DNA of 20,000 nt from an uncultured virus (IMG/VR IMGVR_UViG_3300012665_001179) (lineage: Duplodnaviria; Heunggongvirae; Uroviricota; Caudoviricetes), in the IMG/VR virus record IMGVR_UViG_3300012665_001179. The stretch is one strand, 5' to 3'. Of this stretch, positions 7,491 through 16,756 are shown piece by piece (position 1 is the first letter of the stretch; each line of letters opens with the position of its first letter). The translations under genes and the position numbers were made by a program. The notes under the pieces are model-generated. The model was not told the origin of the DNA. It made no database searches and saw only the letters and a program-made list of their open reading frames with translations.

Positions 7491-8503
7491 ATCTTCTTCC
7501 AATAATTAAATTTCAAATTCGCTTTAACACCTTGAAACGTGTTATTACTTATAATATCTTGCACTTCACCTGCTGAAATACCATTTTGTATCATCTCATT
7601 GATATCTTTGCCTTCCATAGTGTCTGGCCAGATAACAACTTTACGACCTGCCTTGATGGCTGTCTGAACCATCTTGACAATTTCTTTATTACGAGGTTCA
7701 TTATCAAAGACCAAAACAACATTCTCAACATTCATCGATTCAGCAGTTTTGTTCAGATTTGCATCACCAGAAGCGATAGTATTATTTAGAAACAAACTGT
7801 CTATGGGACCTTCTACAATCTGTATAACCTGTGATTGATTTATTGTATCGAGACCATAGATTAATTTGTCTTCACTATCATTTGTTCTTAGAGTTACATA
7901 TCTGAGTTTATATGTAGTCTCTCCCAATGCACGACCGGATACTGCAATTAATTCTTTATTCTGATTGTAGAATGGTATAACCAAACGAGCATCATTAGTG
8001 ATTGTTTTACCATGATCTGGCACCAATGCATTAACAAAATCTAGATACTTCTCAGTGAACAATAATTTATTCCATTTATCTTTAGGAATATTTCTTGCAA
8101 TAACATAATCTTTACAGTAGTGACCATCAGGCAATTCTGACACATATATTGCATGTTCAAAAGATTTCTTGATGATAGGTAATCTAGTCTTGATTGGTAG
8201 TGGAGCTTCCACCACCTTGTTAGTCTCACCTGTTTTATACCTTTCGAGTACATATTCTCTATGTACCGCAGGATCAACTTGTTTAATAAGATTGCCAATG
8301 TTCGTGCTTGCTGAACAGTTATGGCAACGGTAGAATAAACTATTTCCCTTTGCAAATGCATACCCACGAGCTTTAGATTTATTCTTTTGACTGTCACCAC
8401 AAATGGGACATGAAAAGTTCCAAAGATAGGCACTCTTCTGCTTAAAGTTCCGCAGACGAGAAGAGATAAGTTTTAAATAAGTGGAATCTGTAGATAGTGA
8501 CAT
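7487..8503 (-). CDS. gp61: T4 gp61-like DNA primase
   Basis: Zn ribbon CPICGDS...CHNC, SGRAL, TOPRIM motifs EGPIDSLF and FDNEPRN, KDINEM. Confidence 0.93.
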   Translation of the reverse strand: MSLSTDSTYLKLISSRLRNFKQKSAYLWNFSCPICGDSQKNKSKARGYAFAKGNSLFYRCHNCSASTNIGNLIKQVDPAVHREYVLERYKTGETNKVVEAPLPIKTRLPIIKKSFEHAIYVSELPDGHYCKDYVIARNIPKDKWNKLLFTEKYLDFVNALVPDHGKTITNDARLVIPFYNQNKELIAVSGRALGETTYKLRYVTLRTNDSEDKLIYGLDTINQSQVIQIVEGPIDSLFLNNTIASGDANLNKTAESMNVENVVLVFDNEPRNKEIVKMVQTAIKAGRKVVIWPDTMEGKDINEMIQNGISAGEVQDIISNNTFQGVKANLKFNYWKKI

Positions 8504-8510
8504 AATGCAT

Positions 8511-8539
8511 AATATAATACATCTTCAACATAATGTCAA
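8511..8539 (-). promoter_or_regulatory. Sigma70-type promoter for the primase-thyX-nrd block
   Basis: TTGACA (8539-8534), 17-nt spacer, TATATT (8516-8511), all within the 37-nt intergenic gap. Confidence 0.75.
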
Positions 8540-8540
8540 G

Positions 8541-8975
8541 TTAATTAAATAATTTACCTAACATTTCTAATTTGACGTTGGAAACTAACCAAGCAAACAC
8601 AATTACACCGCCGGCAACCATCCATCGCCATTGGGATAACTTTTGTATGTCGGCATCTTCTTTGTCATTATGTTCGGTAATATGATCTCGTAGAGATTTG
8701 ATTTCATCCATAATTCTACGTTCAGTTAATTCTATCTTATCTGATAGGTTTCTGTCAACTGTAGTAATACGTGAATGTAATTCTTTGATGTCGCTCACAG
8801 TATCTTCTTTTCTTTTATCCATATCGTTATAGATTTGGTTTGTTAGTGTGGTTTGATTATCTGTGAGCTTTTCAATCACACGATCCATTTTGTTGCAAAG
8901 GTCAGTGAGTGTACTGACTTTTACCTTCAGTACACCCACATCTACCTTTAAATCAACTTCGTTGATATCAGACAA
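8541..8975 (-). CDS. Coiled-coil protein with a C-terminal transmembrane helix
   Basis: Heptad-rich body followed by WRWMVAGGVIVFAWLV. Confidence 0.75.
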   Translation of the reverse strand: MSDINEVDLKVDVGVLKVKVSTLTDLCNKMDRVIEKLTDNQTTLTNQIYNDMDKRKEDTVSDIKELHSRITTVDRNLSDKIELTERRIMDEIKSLRDHITEHNDKEDADIQKLSQWRWMVAGGVIVFAWLVSNVKLEMLGKLFN

Positions 8976-8978
8976 TTT

Positions 8979-9308
8979 TTACTCCGAATTGCCTGCTTTA
9001 ATCGATTCTACTTTTTCTTGACCTCTAGTCCATGCTGAGATACCTAGAATTGCCATAAAGGAGATATGAATAAAACCTCCGTTTTGTAGTGTCATCGATT
9101 GCCATTGACGGAAAGCATCATTCGATGCTTCTGTTTCCCAGAATTGAATGATTGAGAATAAAATTGGAAATAAAACAAAATCGCAGATATTGATAATCAT
9201 GTAAGTTACAGCCATCATAGGACGCCATTTACTGGTCATCCAATCTTCTGATTTTTGTTGAGCTTCTGTTACTGGTGGTTCAACCACTTCTTCTTTTTTT
9301 GTTGCCAT
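8979..9308 (-). CDS. Putative holin (3TM gene-transfer-release type)
   Basis: KWRPMMAVTYMIINICDFVLFPILF and ILGISAWTRGQEK match the WRP...G...R..EK pattern of this family; two clear hydrophobic segments. Confidence 0.65.
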   Translation of the reverse strand: MATKKEEVVEPPVTEAQQKSEDWMTSKWRPMMAVTYMIINICDFVLFPILFSIIQFWETEASNDAFRQWQSMTLQNGGFIHISFMAILGISAWTRGQEKVESIKAGNSE

Positions 9309-9309
9309 A

Positions 9310-9516
9310 TTATGCTCCTATCTTGGCGAGTTTATTATTTATCTTTTTAAGTAATTCACTTTTTTGTTCCTCAGTTTCATCTTCTACTAATACTGAATTT
9401 TCTACATCAAAACTTTTAAGTGTTAATATGAAAGTATCTTTATCGATTACTTTATCGTCATACATCTTACAAATATCTGGAAAGTTTGATTCTAAAGCAT
9501 GAAAGTATTTTGCCAT
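9310..9516 (-). CDS. Hypothetical protein
   Basis: 68-aa ORF with SD AAGGA, tightly packed between the adhesin-like gene and the holin. Confidence 0.65.
   Translation of the reverse strand: MAKYFHALESNFPDICKMYDDKVIDKDTFILTLKSFDVENSVLVEDETEEQKSELLKKINNKLAKIGA
9336..9343 (-). promoter_or_regulatory. Possible late promoter GATAAATA upstream of the holin
   Basis: 7/8 match to TATAAATA about 27 nt before the holin ATG. It lies inside an AT-rich CDS, so a chance match is possible. Confidence 0.3.
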
Positions 9517-9530
9517 TTTTTTATCCTTAA

Positions 9531-11051
9531 TTATGGTATCAAATATTCTTGAGTTATGTATATTTTACCTGCACTACCAGCAAGACCTATCGAAGCGCCA
9601 CCATTGCCAGCTGTGCCTCTATTAGTATCAGCTGATTGTGCGGCTACATTAAAAGATGCTCCTATAGTTATTCCATTTATTACTTCAGTTGGATGCACAT
9701 AACCACTACCACCACCGCCACCGTAGGCAGCACCAGTATATCCACCGCCACCGCCGCCAAAGTATCCGCCACCGCCTCCACCACCGCCGGCAGCACCACC
9801 ATCATATCCGCCACGGCCGCCATTACCGAATCCTGATCCTCCGGCTGAAGGAAATGAGGATGTAGTTGAAGCACCATTACCGCCATTTCTGCCTGAGCCG
9901 CTAGCACCGATACCTGGACTTAATGATCCGCCTGCACCGGGTCCAAATTGTGAACCTCCAGATCCGCTAGAACCACCTAATGGTGTTTGACCGTCACTTC
10001 CTCCACCGCCACCGCCACGACCTTCGTTAAATGCGGGTGGAAAACTAGTACCCCAAGAACCGCCACCACCACCTGCTACTAAAAGAGGATTAGATGTAGT
10101 TGCAACTTCGATTCCTGTTCCGCCACCTCCGCCACCTGCGGCACGAAAAGTACCTCCTGCTCCTCCACCCCCAATTGTAAAATTATAAGTATTTGAGTTA
10201 TATAATTTTACAAGCCCACCAGAATATCCGCCTGCAGCACCTTGTGAGCCTAAAGCTAATCCTCCTGCGCCGCCACCAGCACCCCACATTTTCACATTGA
10301 GTGCTAAATTTGCATTGGTTGTGATTGTATAATTTATTGCAGATGTTAAACTTAGTGGTCCATCTACAGCAAAAATCCATGTCGTTTTTCCACTGACAGC
10401 TGGAGATACTGATAAAACTACACTATTAACTACAGGCAATGTAAATGTTTTTTCAATTCTCTGATATTCTGAATCGGTGGCTCTTACTGTAAATGAATAG
10501 GTTGTATAAGGTATATTTTGTGTTACATTTCCTGTTATAAAACCAGTACTTGTATTTAATGTGTAAGATGGAGGTAAACTACCACCAACAAGTTCATACG
10601 TAACTGTACTATCTGAAGTAGCTATTAAAGAAATATTTGCGCTGCTATTTGTTGTTTGTGTTTGTAATGAAGAACTCGTTTGCCAATTTATAGGACCACT
10701 TACTTTGAATATTCCTATTCTAAAAGATGTTGAACCTGAAGGATTTTGTACATATAGATTATAGTTACCTGTATTAATAGCAGGAACAACAGCTCTGATT
10801 TGTGTTGGTGTTACAGAAGTGACAGTTAAACTTGAATTGATATTATAATATACTTGTGCGTTAGCTGCAAATCCTGATCCATTAATAACAATATAACCAC
10901 CAGTATTATCAACGGCAGCAATATTTGCATATTCATTTAAAGGAGTATAATTTGAATTCGTAACTTCAACATTCGCAATTCGAATTACATTTGTCGAATA
11001 TTTGTCGAATAAAGCCGTATCAATATTATAATCAAATACTTTTTGTGTCAT
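9531..11051 (-). CDS. Putative virion adhesin: IPT/TIG + Ig/cadherin-like + glycine-rich domain
   Basis: GGYIVINGSGF...YNLYVQNPSG (IPT); GSLPPSYTLNTSTGFITG...YSFTVRATD (Ig-like); KMWGAGGGAG, LLVAGGGGG, GGGGGYFGGGGG, GGGGSGY. Confidence 0.75.
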   Translation of the reverse strand: MTQKVFDYNIDTALFDKYSTNVIRIANVEVTNSNYTPLNEYANIAAVDNTGGYIVINGSGFAANAQVYYNINSSLTVTSVTPTQIRAVVPAINTGNYNLYVQNPSGSTSFRIGIFKVSGPINWQTSSSLQTQTTNSSANISLIATSDSTVTYELVGGSLPPSYTLNTSTGFITGNVTQNIPYTTYSFTVRATDSEYQRIEKTFTLPVVNSVVLSVSPAVSGKTTWIFAVDGPLSLTSAINYTITTNANLALNVKMWGAGGGAGGLALGSQGAAGGYSGGLVKLYNSNTYNFTIGGGGAGGTFRAAGGGGGGTGIEVATTSNPLLVAGGGGGSWGTSFPPAFNEGRGGGGGGSDGQTPLGGSSGSGGSQFGPGAGGSLSPGIGASGSGRNGGNGASTTSSFPSAGGSGFGNGGRGGYDGGAAGGGGGGGGYFGGGGGGYTGAAYGGGGGSGYVHPTEVINGITIGASFNVAAQSADTNRGTAGNGGASIGLAGSAGKIYITQEYLIP

Positions 11052-14000
11052 TTAATAACCTATAGGATAAGACTGATACATTTCATTGGTAAGATTTGCG
11101 GTATATCTAGCGCCTTTAGTTATACGAAAATCCTGTACATAACCATAATAAGGTGTTCCTACAGAGGATGAAGCACCAATTTGATTTAAGTTTGCAAGAT
11201 GTGTGTTTGCATCTAAAAAAGTTCCGCCAGACCTTGAACCGTCCAAATATATAGTAACAAGATTATTGTATCTTTCAACGGCAACATGAACCCACGTATT
11301 ACTTGTGATTGGAGCCGTACTAATTCTATCGGCATTATTTAAATAATATCTAACGTTATTTGTCGTAGTTAAATAAATTAATGGACTGTTTTGTATGGTG
11401 GCACTTCTTTGGTCGTAAATTGTTTGTTGTGTTGCACCAAGAACTCTATTAACCCAAAACTCAATACACCAATCTCCATTATAGAAATTTTCTGTCTCAG
11501 ATCGAGCTGATGCGCCTGTTGTTCCTGCTCCTATGGACAAATAATCACCTGTTCCGTCAAAGAATATAGCTGTATTAGTATATCTGTTTCTGTAAACACT
11601 ATATGTTCCACCAAGTCTTGATGGTGCTGGCCAAACTTTAACATCGCCATGAGTTTGAATATTATGTTTAGTGGTATAATCAATAATACCACCAGTATCA
11701 AAATTCATCAACAATACAGTGTTAGCTGTCCTTGTTACAGGAGCTGTAGGTGGTGTTGTATTGGCAGTATAAATTGCATCGCCTTTAACTATACGTAAAT
11801 TAGAATAATAACCGAACATAGTAGCATTATTAAATGCACCTATCGATAATGGTGTTGTAGCTACTGTTGCAGTTGGTGTACCAGATATTGCTACGGCAGG
11901 ATCAGCCACACCATTAACCCATACTCTTATACCAGAACTTGTAATTGTAACGGCTAAATGATTCCATTCTGCAAATTTTACAATTTGTGAAGAAATTACG
12001 AATTGTGATGTACCATTATTGTATTGAAATACTACTGCGCCTGAGGCTCTTAAACCAAAAGACCAGTATGTGGTTGCTGTAGCGATTGCTTGACAACCTA
12101 TTATATGAGGCACAGTTGTAGTTACTGGTAAAGAAGTGGCGTAAAACCAAAGTTCTATTGTATAAGGAACTACTACACCACTACCAGTATTCCACCAATC
12201 AAATAATTCTTTATTATAAGGAATAGTAAAATAATTTCCTGAATCTTGAGCAAACCAACTTGCACCATGTAGATGTGGTTGATATACAGCAGAACCTTTA
12301 AATGGACTAAAAGGTACAATTTTAGTATTATCACCAACTCTTGTTATACTGAAATTATTATTACTTTTATCTCTAAAACGATTATCAGCAAGAGTTAACA
12401 GTTTAGTATTAGCTTCTACGGTTAATGGTGATGATGGTGGTGTGAAAACTGTTGTTCCGGATATGGTTTGTGTAGTTTGATATAATTCAGGAACAGAATT
12501 AATAGTCACTCTAAAATTACTAATCCAACCCGCCCAAGGTTGATTTACTACTTGAGTATCACCCCCAATATATAAAGGTGATACTTGCGGTGTGATTGTT
12601 GTAGAAACGTTTGAGTGAGCTCTCAAAATACCATTTACAAAACCACGGAAAGTATTACCAGTTCGTGTAATGGCAATATGACTCCAAGTGTTGAGTGATG
12701 CCGCATATTGACCTATAGATATATTTGTATTTGCCACCCAAAGTACCATTGAGGATAGACCCATACGCATATAATATGTGTCTGTACTAGTTTTGGGATT
12801 TCCTATACCACTATAACTCCATATGGTTGAAAATCCATTTTGTTCGCCCCTAGGAAACATCCAAAATTCAACACAATGATCGTAATTTGATAATGTTAAA
12901 TTTGTATTAGCATTTACTTGAATATAATCCGGTGTTGTAAGTGAACCGTCAAAATAACCAGAATAACTATAAGGACTAAACGGACTAAAAGAACCAACGC
13001 CACCGTTTTGTGACGTAGGATAAGTTGTTAATGCTGCTGTTTTGGAAATATCAACTAGTCTCTTGTTATTTTCACCATCATGTGTTTGCATCGTCAATAA
13101 AACTGTATTAGCTATTAAATTGGCTGGTGCAGTTGGTCGTGTTGTATTTGCAGTCCATAGTGCAGTGCCTTTTATCACTCGAAGGCCATGTAAATACCCA
13201 TTCATTAGACTACCAAAACCTTGGCCGGTACCACCTATAACGGGTCTATTAGGTTTTGTGACAAAAGATACAACAGCAGTTGATGTAGCACCAGTCCGTA
13301 ATCCATTCAGAAAAAGTCTTAGATTATTATTATTACGAGAAAGCAACAAATGGTTCCAAGTATTACGTGGCATCTGTCCACCACTAATTAAAGTTGTACC
13401 ATTATTTGTAGATACTACAAGCGCACCTGTAGTTGTATTTTGGCCAATTCGAAGAGTTCCAGTACCCGTAGCATCAGATAAAGCATTCGAGTCATAATAA
13501 AAGGATCCTTGTGAATAATCTCCTGTGTAATACACCCAACATTCCCAAGTAAAATCACCAGTTAAAAATTCAAAATCAGTACTATTACCAGGATCTGCTA
13601 ATATGTAATCACCTGATTGATCGAAGAAAGTTGATCCTAGTCTTGCTGTATTATTGTATGCAGTATTATCACCATGTGGTGAGTAAGGACGTGCAGCAAC
13701 ATCATTGAGTCTTGTTATAGTAAAATTTTTATCACTACGATCAATGAGATAATTATCTTGAAGTGTTAATAATACTGTGTTTACATCTTTTTGTAACTTT
13801 GATGTTGGTCGTGTGAATGGAACACTATAAGCAGATACGCCACGTTGAACTCTAACGTCAGATATAAGTGAAGCATTAATCACACCAGTTGCAGTTGCCA
13901 CTCCAATACCGAATACTGCTGTATTTCTAGGTATTGTTCCTGCTACGGTAACACTTCCTCCCGAAACGCCATTAACATAAAGTGTCCATGTATTACCAAC

Positions 14001-15104
14001 ACGAGTACATGCAAGATGATTCCATTGACCTAATGTTAGGTTAATACTTGATGTTATCGAAACACCGAAAGTGCTGCCATCAACGGTTGCTTGAAATTGT
14101 GGAGCTAATGATGCAGTAAAACCTAGTCTAAACCCAGCATTTGTAGAACTGCTTGCTCGTTTAGATAATATATCTGTAGTTCCAGCACCAGGTGTTGTTG
14201 CTGTTAAGAACCAACATTCAACTGAAAAATCTAAATTCAAAAAGTTTAAGAAATCACTATCCGGAACAGTCAAATAATCGCTAGTGCCATCAAAAAAGTA
14301 ACTCCAATTATCACCAAAAGGATGAAATGATGATGGACGAGTGTCACCGAAAGGTTTGAATGAGTGTCTGCTTGGTGATAGATCACTAGAAAAATTAGGT
14401 CTTTCCATGCCTACAACATGCATACTGGTCTTAAAGTAATTGCTGTCGCCTGAATTAACTTCATCAATAAAATATTGAACGGTGTTTTGATTTTCTAGGT
14501 CTTTAACATCAATATACATGTTCGTAGAAGAACCGGAAGTATTAGGTATTCCGTAATAATAACCATTAGCCAATAAAGTTGTATTAGCGGGTATAGTACT
14601 ACCATTTGCAACTGAATATATTAATGTATTTGATAGTGGTGATGATGAAAAATTGTATTCAAAAGGATAGTTTATTATTTTAGGTTTTAAAATTAAACTA
14701 CCAAAATTTGGCCAAACAGGAAAATCACTGTATTGTATGCCATTGATACGTACAGCAGTAGCACCATCTCCGTTTTGAACATATAAATTATAAAAACCAG
14801 TTGGTTTTGGTGGTATTAAGGCTCTTAATTGTGTTGATGAAACATATGTTGTAGAGTTTGCCTGAGTATATGTTAATGTAGTGTTTGTATTACCAACAAT
14901 AACTATAGATGAGGTATCAAATCCTGATCCTGTAATGACAATATAAGTACCTACACCGGTAGAACCGGTATTAGCAGCAGTGTCATCTAAAACATTATAA
15001 GATGAATCTGTTATCTGTACAGTTTGAATTCTAGGACCAGCAAGACCAAATTGAGCTAGTGTAGAATCTTCGATGTTAAATTCTTTAATTAAAGGTGTTG
15101 TCAT
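11052..15104 (-). CDS. Large putative virion adhesin: IPT/TIG + five LamG/concanavalin A-like domains
   Basis: Five copies of the pattern F(F)DG..DY / ExW / WxHxxxxR / xxNG / (G)xxxxxRx. Confidence 0.85.
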   Translation of the reverse strand: MTTPLIKEFNIEDSTLAQFGLAGPRIQTVQITDSSYNVLDDTAANTGSTGVGTYIVITGSGFDTSSIVIVGNTNTTLTYTQANSTTYVSSTQLRALIPPKPTGFYNLYVQNGDGATAVRINGIQYSDFPVWPNFGSLILKPKIINYPFEYNFSSSPLSNTLIYSVANGSTIPANTTLLANGYYYGIPNTSGSSTNMYIDVKDLENQNTVQYFIDEVNSGDSNYFKTSMHVVGMERPNFSSDLSPSRHSFKPFGDTRPSSFHPFGDNWSYFFDGTSDYLTVPDSDFLNFLNLDFSVECWFLTATTPGAGTTDILSKRASSSTNAGFRLGFTASLAPQFQATVDGSTFGVSITSSINLTLGQWNHLACTRVGNTWTLYVNGVSGGSVTVAGTIPRNTAVFGIGVATATGVINASLISDVRVQRGVSAYSVPFTRPTSKLQKDVNTVLLTLQDNYLIDRSDKNFTITRLNDVAARPYSPHGDNTAYNNTARLGSTFFDQSGDYILADPGNSTDFEFLTGDFTWECWVYYTGDYSQGSFYYDSNALSDATGTGTLRIGQNTTTGALVVSTNNGTTLISGGQMPRNTWNHLLLSRNNNNLRLFLNGLRTGATSTAVVSFVTKPNRPVIGGTGQGFGSLMNGYLHGLRVIKGTALWTANTTRPTAPANLIANTVLLTMQTHDGENNKRLVDISKTAALTTYPTSQNGGVGSFSPFSPYSYSGYFDGSLTTPDYIQVNANTNLTLSNYDHCVEFWMFPRGEQNGFSTIWSYSGIGNPKTSTDTYYMRMGLSSMVLWVANTNISIGQYAASLNTWSHIAITRTGNTFRGFVNGILRAHSNVSTTITPQVSPLYIGGDTQVVNQPWAGWISNFRVTINSVPELYQTTQTISGTTVFTPPSSPLTVEANTKLLTLADNRFRDKSNNNFSITRVGDNTKIVPFSPFKGSAVYQPHLHGASWFAQDSGNYFTIPYNKELFDWWNTGSGVVVPYTIELWFYATSLPVTTTVPHIIGCQAIATATTYWSFGLRASGAVVFQYNNGTSQFVISSQIVKFAEWNHLAVTITSSGIRVWVNGVADPAVAISGTPTATVATTPLSIGAFNNATMFGYYSNLRIVKGDAIYTANTTPPTAPVTRTANTVLLMNFDTGGIIDYTTKHNIQTHGDVKVWPAPSRLGGTYSVYRNRYTNTAIFFDGTGDYLSIGAGTTGASARSETENFYNGDWCIEFWVNRVLGATQQTIYDQRSATIQNSPLIYLTTTNNVRYYLNNADRISTAPITSNTWVHVAVERYNNLVTIYLDGSRSGGTFLDANTHLANLNQIGASSSVGTPYYGYVQDFRITKGARYTANLTNEMYQSYPIGY

Positions 15105-15108
15105 TATT

Positions 15109-15471
15109 TTATGCGTATGTTAAACTTCTAATCCTACTAGCATAAGATCCATCGGTCTTTACAACAAGTATAGTATAATTTCCGGCACTTTTGGCAGGAA
15201 CAGTTACACGTAATTCTTCAGTACTCTGCACAGTTACAAGTGTTGCTGGTGTGTTATCAATATAAACTAACATCGGAGATTGAAAATTATCTCCTAATAT
15301 TTTAATATAACCACCACTGGTCGATACTTGATTTGGTGTTAAATTAGCAAAAGAACCATCTGTAGCATAAACAGAATAAAATTTTGGCGGAAATGTTGAT
15401 CTATTAGCATTATATCCTAATTTTTCTAATGCTTCATCATCAATATTCGCTGCTGATATTTTTTGTGTCAT
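15109..15471 (-). CDS. Stand-alone IPT/TIG domain protein
   Basis: GGYIKILGDNF...ELRVTVPAKSAGNYTILVVKTDG; aligns by eye with the N-termini of the next two genes. Confidence 0.8.
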   Translation of the reverse strand: MTQKISAANIDDEALEKLGYNANRSTFPPKFYSVYATDGSFANLTPNQVSTSGGYIKILGDNFQSPMLVYIDNTPATLVTVQSTEELRVTVPAKSAGNYTILVVKTDGSYASRIRSLTYA

Positions 15472-15728
15472 TTGTTAACTTCATCGAAAATTTTCTTCTG
15501 TTCAACATACCATTCTTGCCATGCTTGCAGTTTAATACGAATCTCATAGTAAGATTGACTATTATCTGCGGTGTTCTTAATTATATCACTAATGTTCTTA
15601 GTGTCTTCGGGAACTTTATTTAGATCAGGTGCAGTCTGCATTAACTCTGGTGGTACTTGTGGAAACTTTTGTTTAACAGGTACAGAAACAGAACAACCGG
15701 CGAGTAATAAGATTAAAAGATATTTCAT
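15468..15728 (-). CDS. Putative o-spanin (Rz1-like lipoprotein)
   Basis: Lipobox LLLAGC, Pro-rich segment, C-terminal helix LQAWQEWY; ATGA overlap with the upstream gene. Confidence 0.75.
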   Translation of the reverse strand: MKYLLILLLAGCSVSVPVKQKFPQVPPELMQTAPDLNKVPEDTKNISDIIKNTADNSQSYYEIRIKLQAWQEWYVEQKKIFDEVNK

Positions 15729-16165
15729 TTTTGAGCCTCTAATGCCTTATTGTAAAACTTAATGGCTTCTGGCGTGAGAGAACAATCTTTATCTATAACT
15801 TCTTTCTGTATTTCAATTTCTTTCTTAACTACATCAATGTATTCTTTCTGTAGTTTAACTTTAGTTACAATCTTCTCTCTGATAACTGTATTCACCTTAG
15901 CAGACTTTTCTTCTGCAATGGCAATCTTGGCCTCTAGTTCTTTAACACGAGCCTGCCATTTCTTTTCAACAGCAATACCACCAAAGAAATAGATGGCGCC
16001 AACCAACATTAGAATGCAAATGATTCTAATTGGTAATAAGTATTTACCAATGACTGGTATCTTGGATAGGAAATAAGTTGCGATTGTGCCAAAGAATCCT
16101 AGAACTAGGAATGTATTAGCAAGTGCAAGAAAAACCGAATCTGGTAAAAAATTAAGCAACCACAC
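15725..16165 (-). CDS. Putative i-spanin (Rz-like)
   Basis: N-terminal TM segments, coiled coil WQARVKELEAKIAIAEEKS, C-terminal Cys; directly upstream of a lipoprotein; GTG start. Confidence 0.7.
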   Translation of the reverse strand: MWLLNFLPDSVFLALANTFLVLGFFGTIATYFLSKIPVIGKYLLPIRIICILMLVGAIYFFGGIAVEKKWQARVKELEAKIAIAEEKSAKVNTVIREKIVTKVKLQKEYIDVVKKEIEIQKEVIDKDCSLTPEAIKFYNKALEAQK

Positions 16166-16367
16166 CTTTGCGCCTCATGTATGTAATAAATGGATAAAGT
16201 TTTTTCTTCTTAACTCCAGGTTCACCATCTTTACCTACACCGGCACCTGCTATATTTCCACCACTGATATTGTTTGTGGGAATTTCTTCTTGTTGTATTG
16301 GCTTGCAGACTTTATCGGTACTACACCAATAATATCCAACACCACATTCTTTTTTGAATTCGTTCAT
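16152..16367 (-). CDS. Small hypothetical protein
   Basis: CGVGYYWCSTDKVCK followed by EEIPTNNISGGNIAGAG...GEPGV; overlaps both neighbours. Confidence 0.7.
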   Translation of the reverse strand: MNEFKKECGVGYYWCSTDKVCKPIQQEEIPTNNISGGNIAGAGVGKDGEPGVKKKKLYPFITYMRRKGVVA

Positions 16368-16756
16368 TTTATCTGCCTTAGAGTATCTGCGATTTTCATG
16401 TCTATAGATATATCGGAAGAGATTATGTCTTGTCCTTTAATACCTCTGACTCGTTCCGGCATACAACTCAAAAACAACAAATATGTTTTTAAGATATCGT
16501 AATCTTCTTTAGGAACTTTAAAAAATAATAATCTAGTAGTAACTTCAACACCAAAAACATTATTCAAAATAATGAGATGATTAAGAACTAATTGTTCCCT
16601 CATCTCATCATATTTTTTGTACCGCTTAAAGAGTTTTTTAAGATAATTAAACCTTTTCATATCTTCTTTAAATTCACTCATTATGCAGTTTGGCTTATCG
16701 TAAGCTTTAACTGCATAGAGTGTCACGTTCTCATTGGTCAAATTATCGAAATACAT
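16364..16756 (-). CDS. T4-like phage hypothetical protein
   Basis: YAVKAYDKPNC..SEFKEDMKRFNYLKKLFKRY...LVLNHLIILNNVFG, a pattern I recall from T4-like aquatic phages. Confidence 0.8.
   Translation of the reverse strand: MYFDNLTNENVTLYAVKAYDKPNCIMSEFKEDMKRFNYLKKLFKRYKKYDEMREQLVLNHLIILNNVFGVEVTTRLLFFKVPKEDYDILKTYLLFLSCMPERVRGIKGQDIISSDISIDMKIADTLRQIK

Noticed and set aside
9700..10290. CCA/CCG triplet runs as a tandem repeat or CRISPR array
   Set aside because: They are Gly codons of the 506-aa gene; there is no repeat-spacer periodicity.
11052..11400. Diversity-generating retroelement target at the C-terminus of the lectin protein
   Set aside because: No template repeat or reverse transcriptase was seen in the window, and the fold is LamG rather than C-type lectin.
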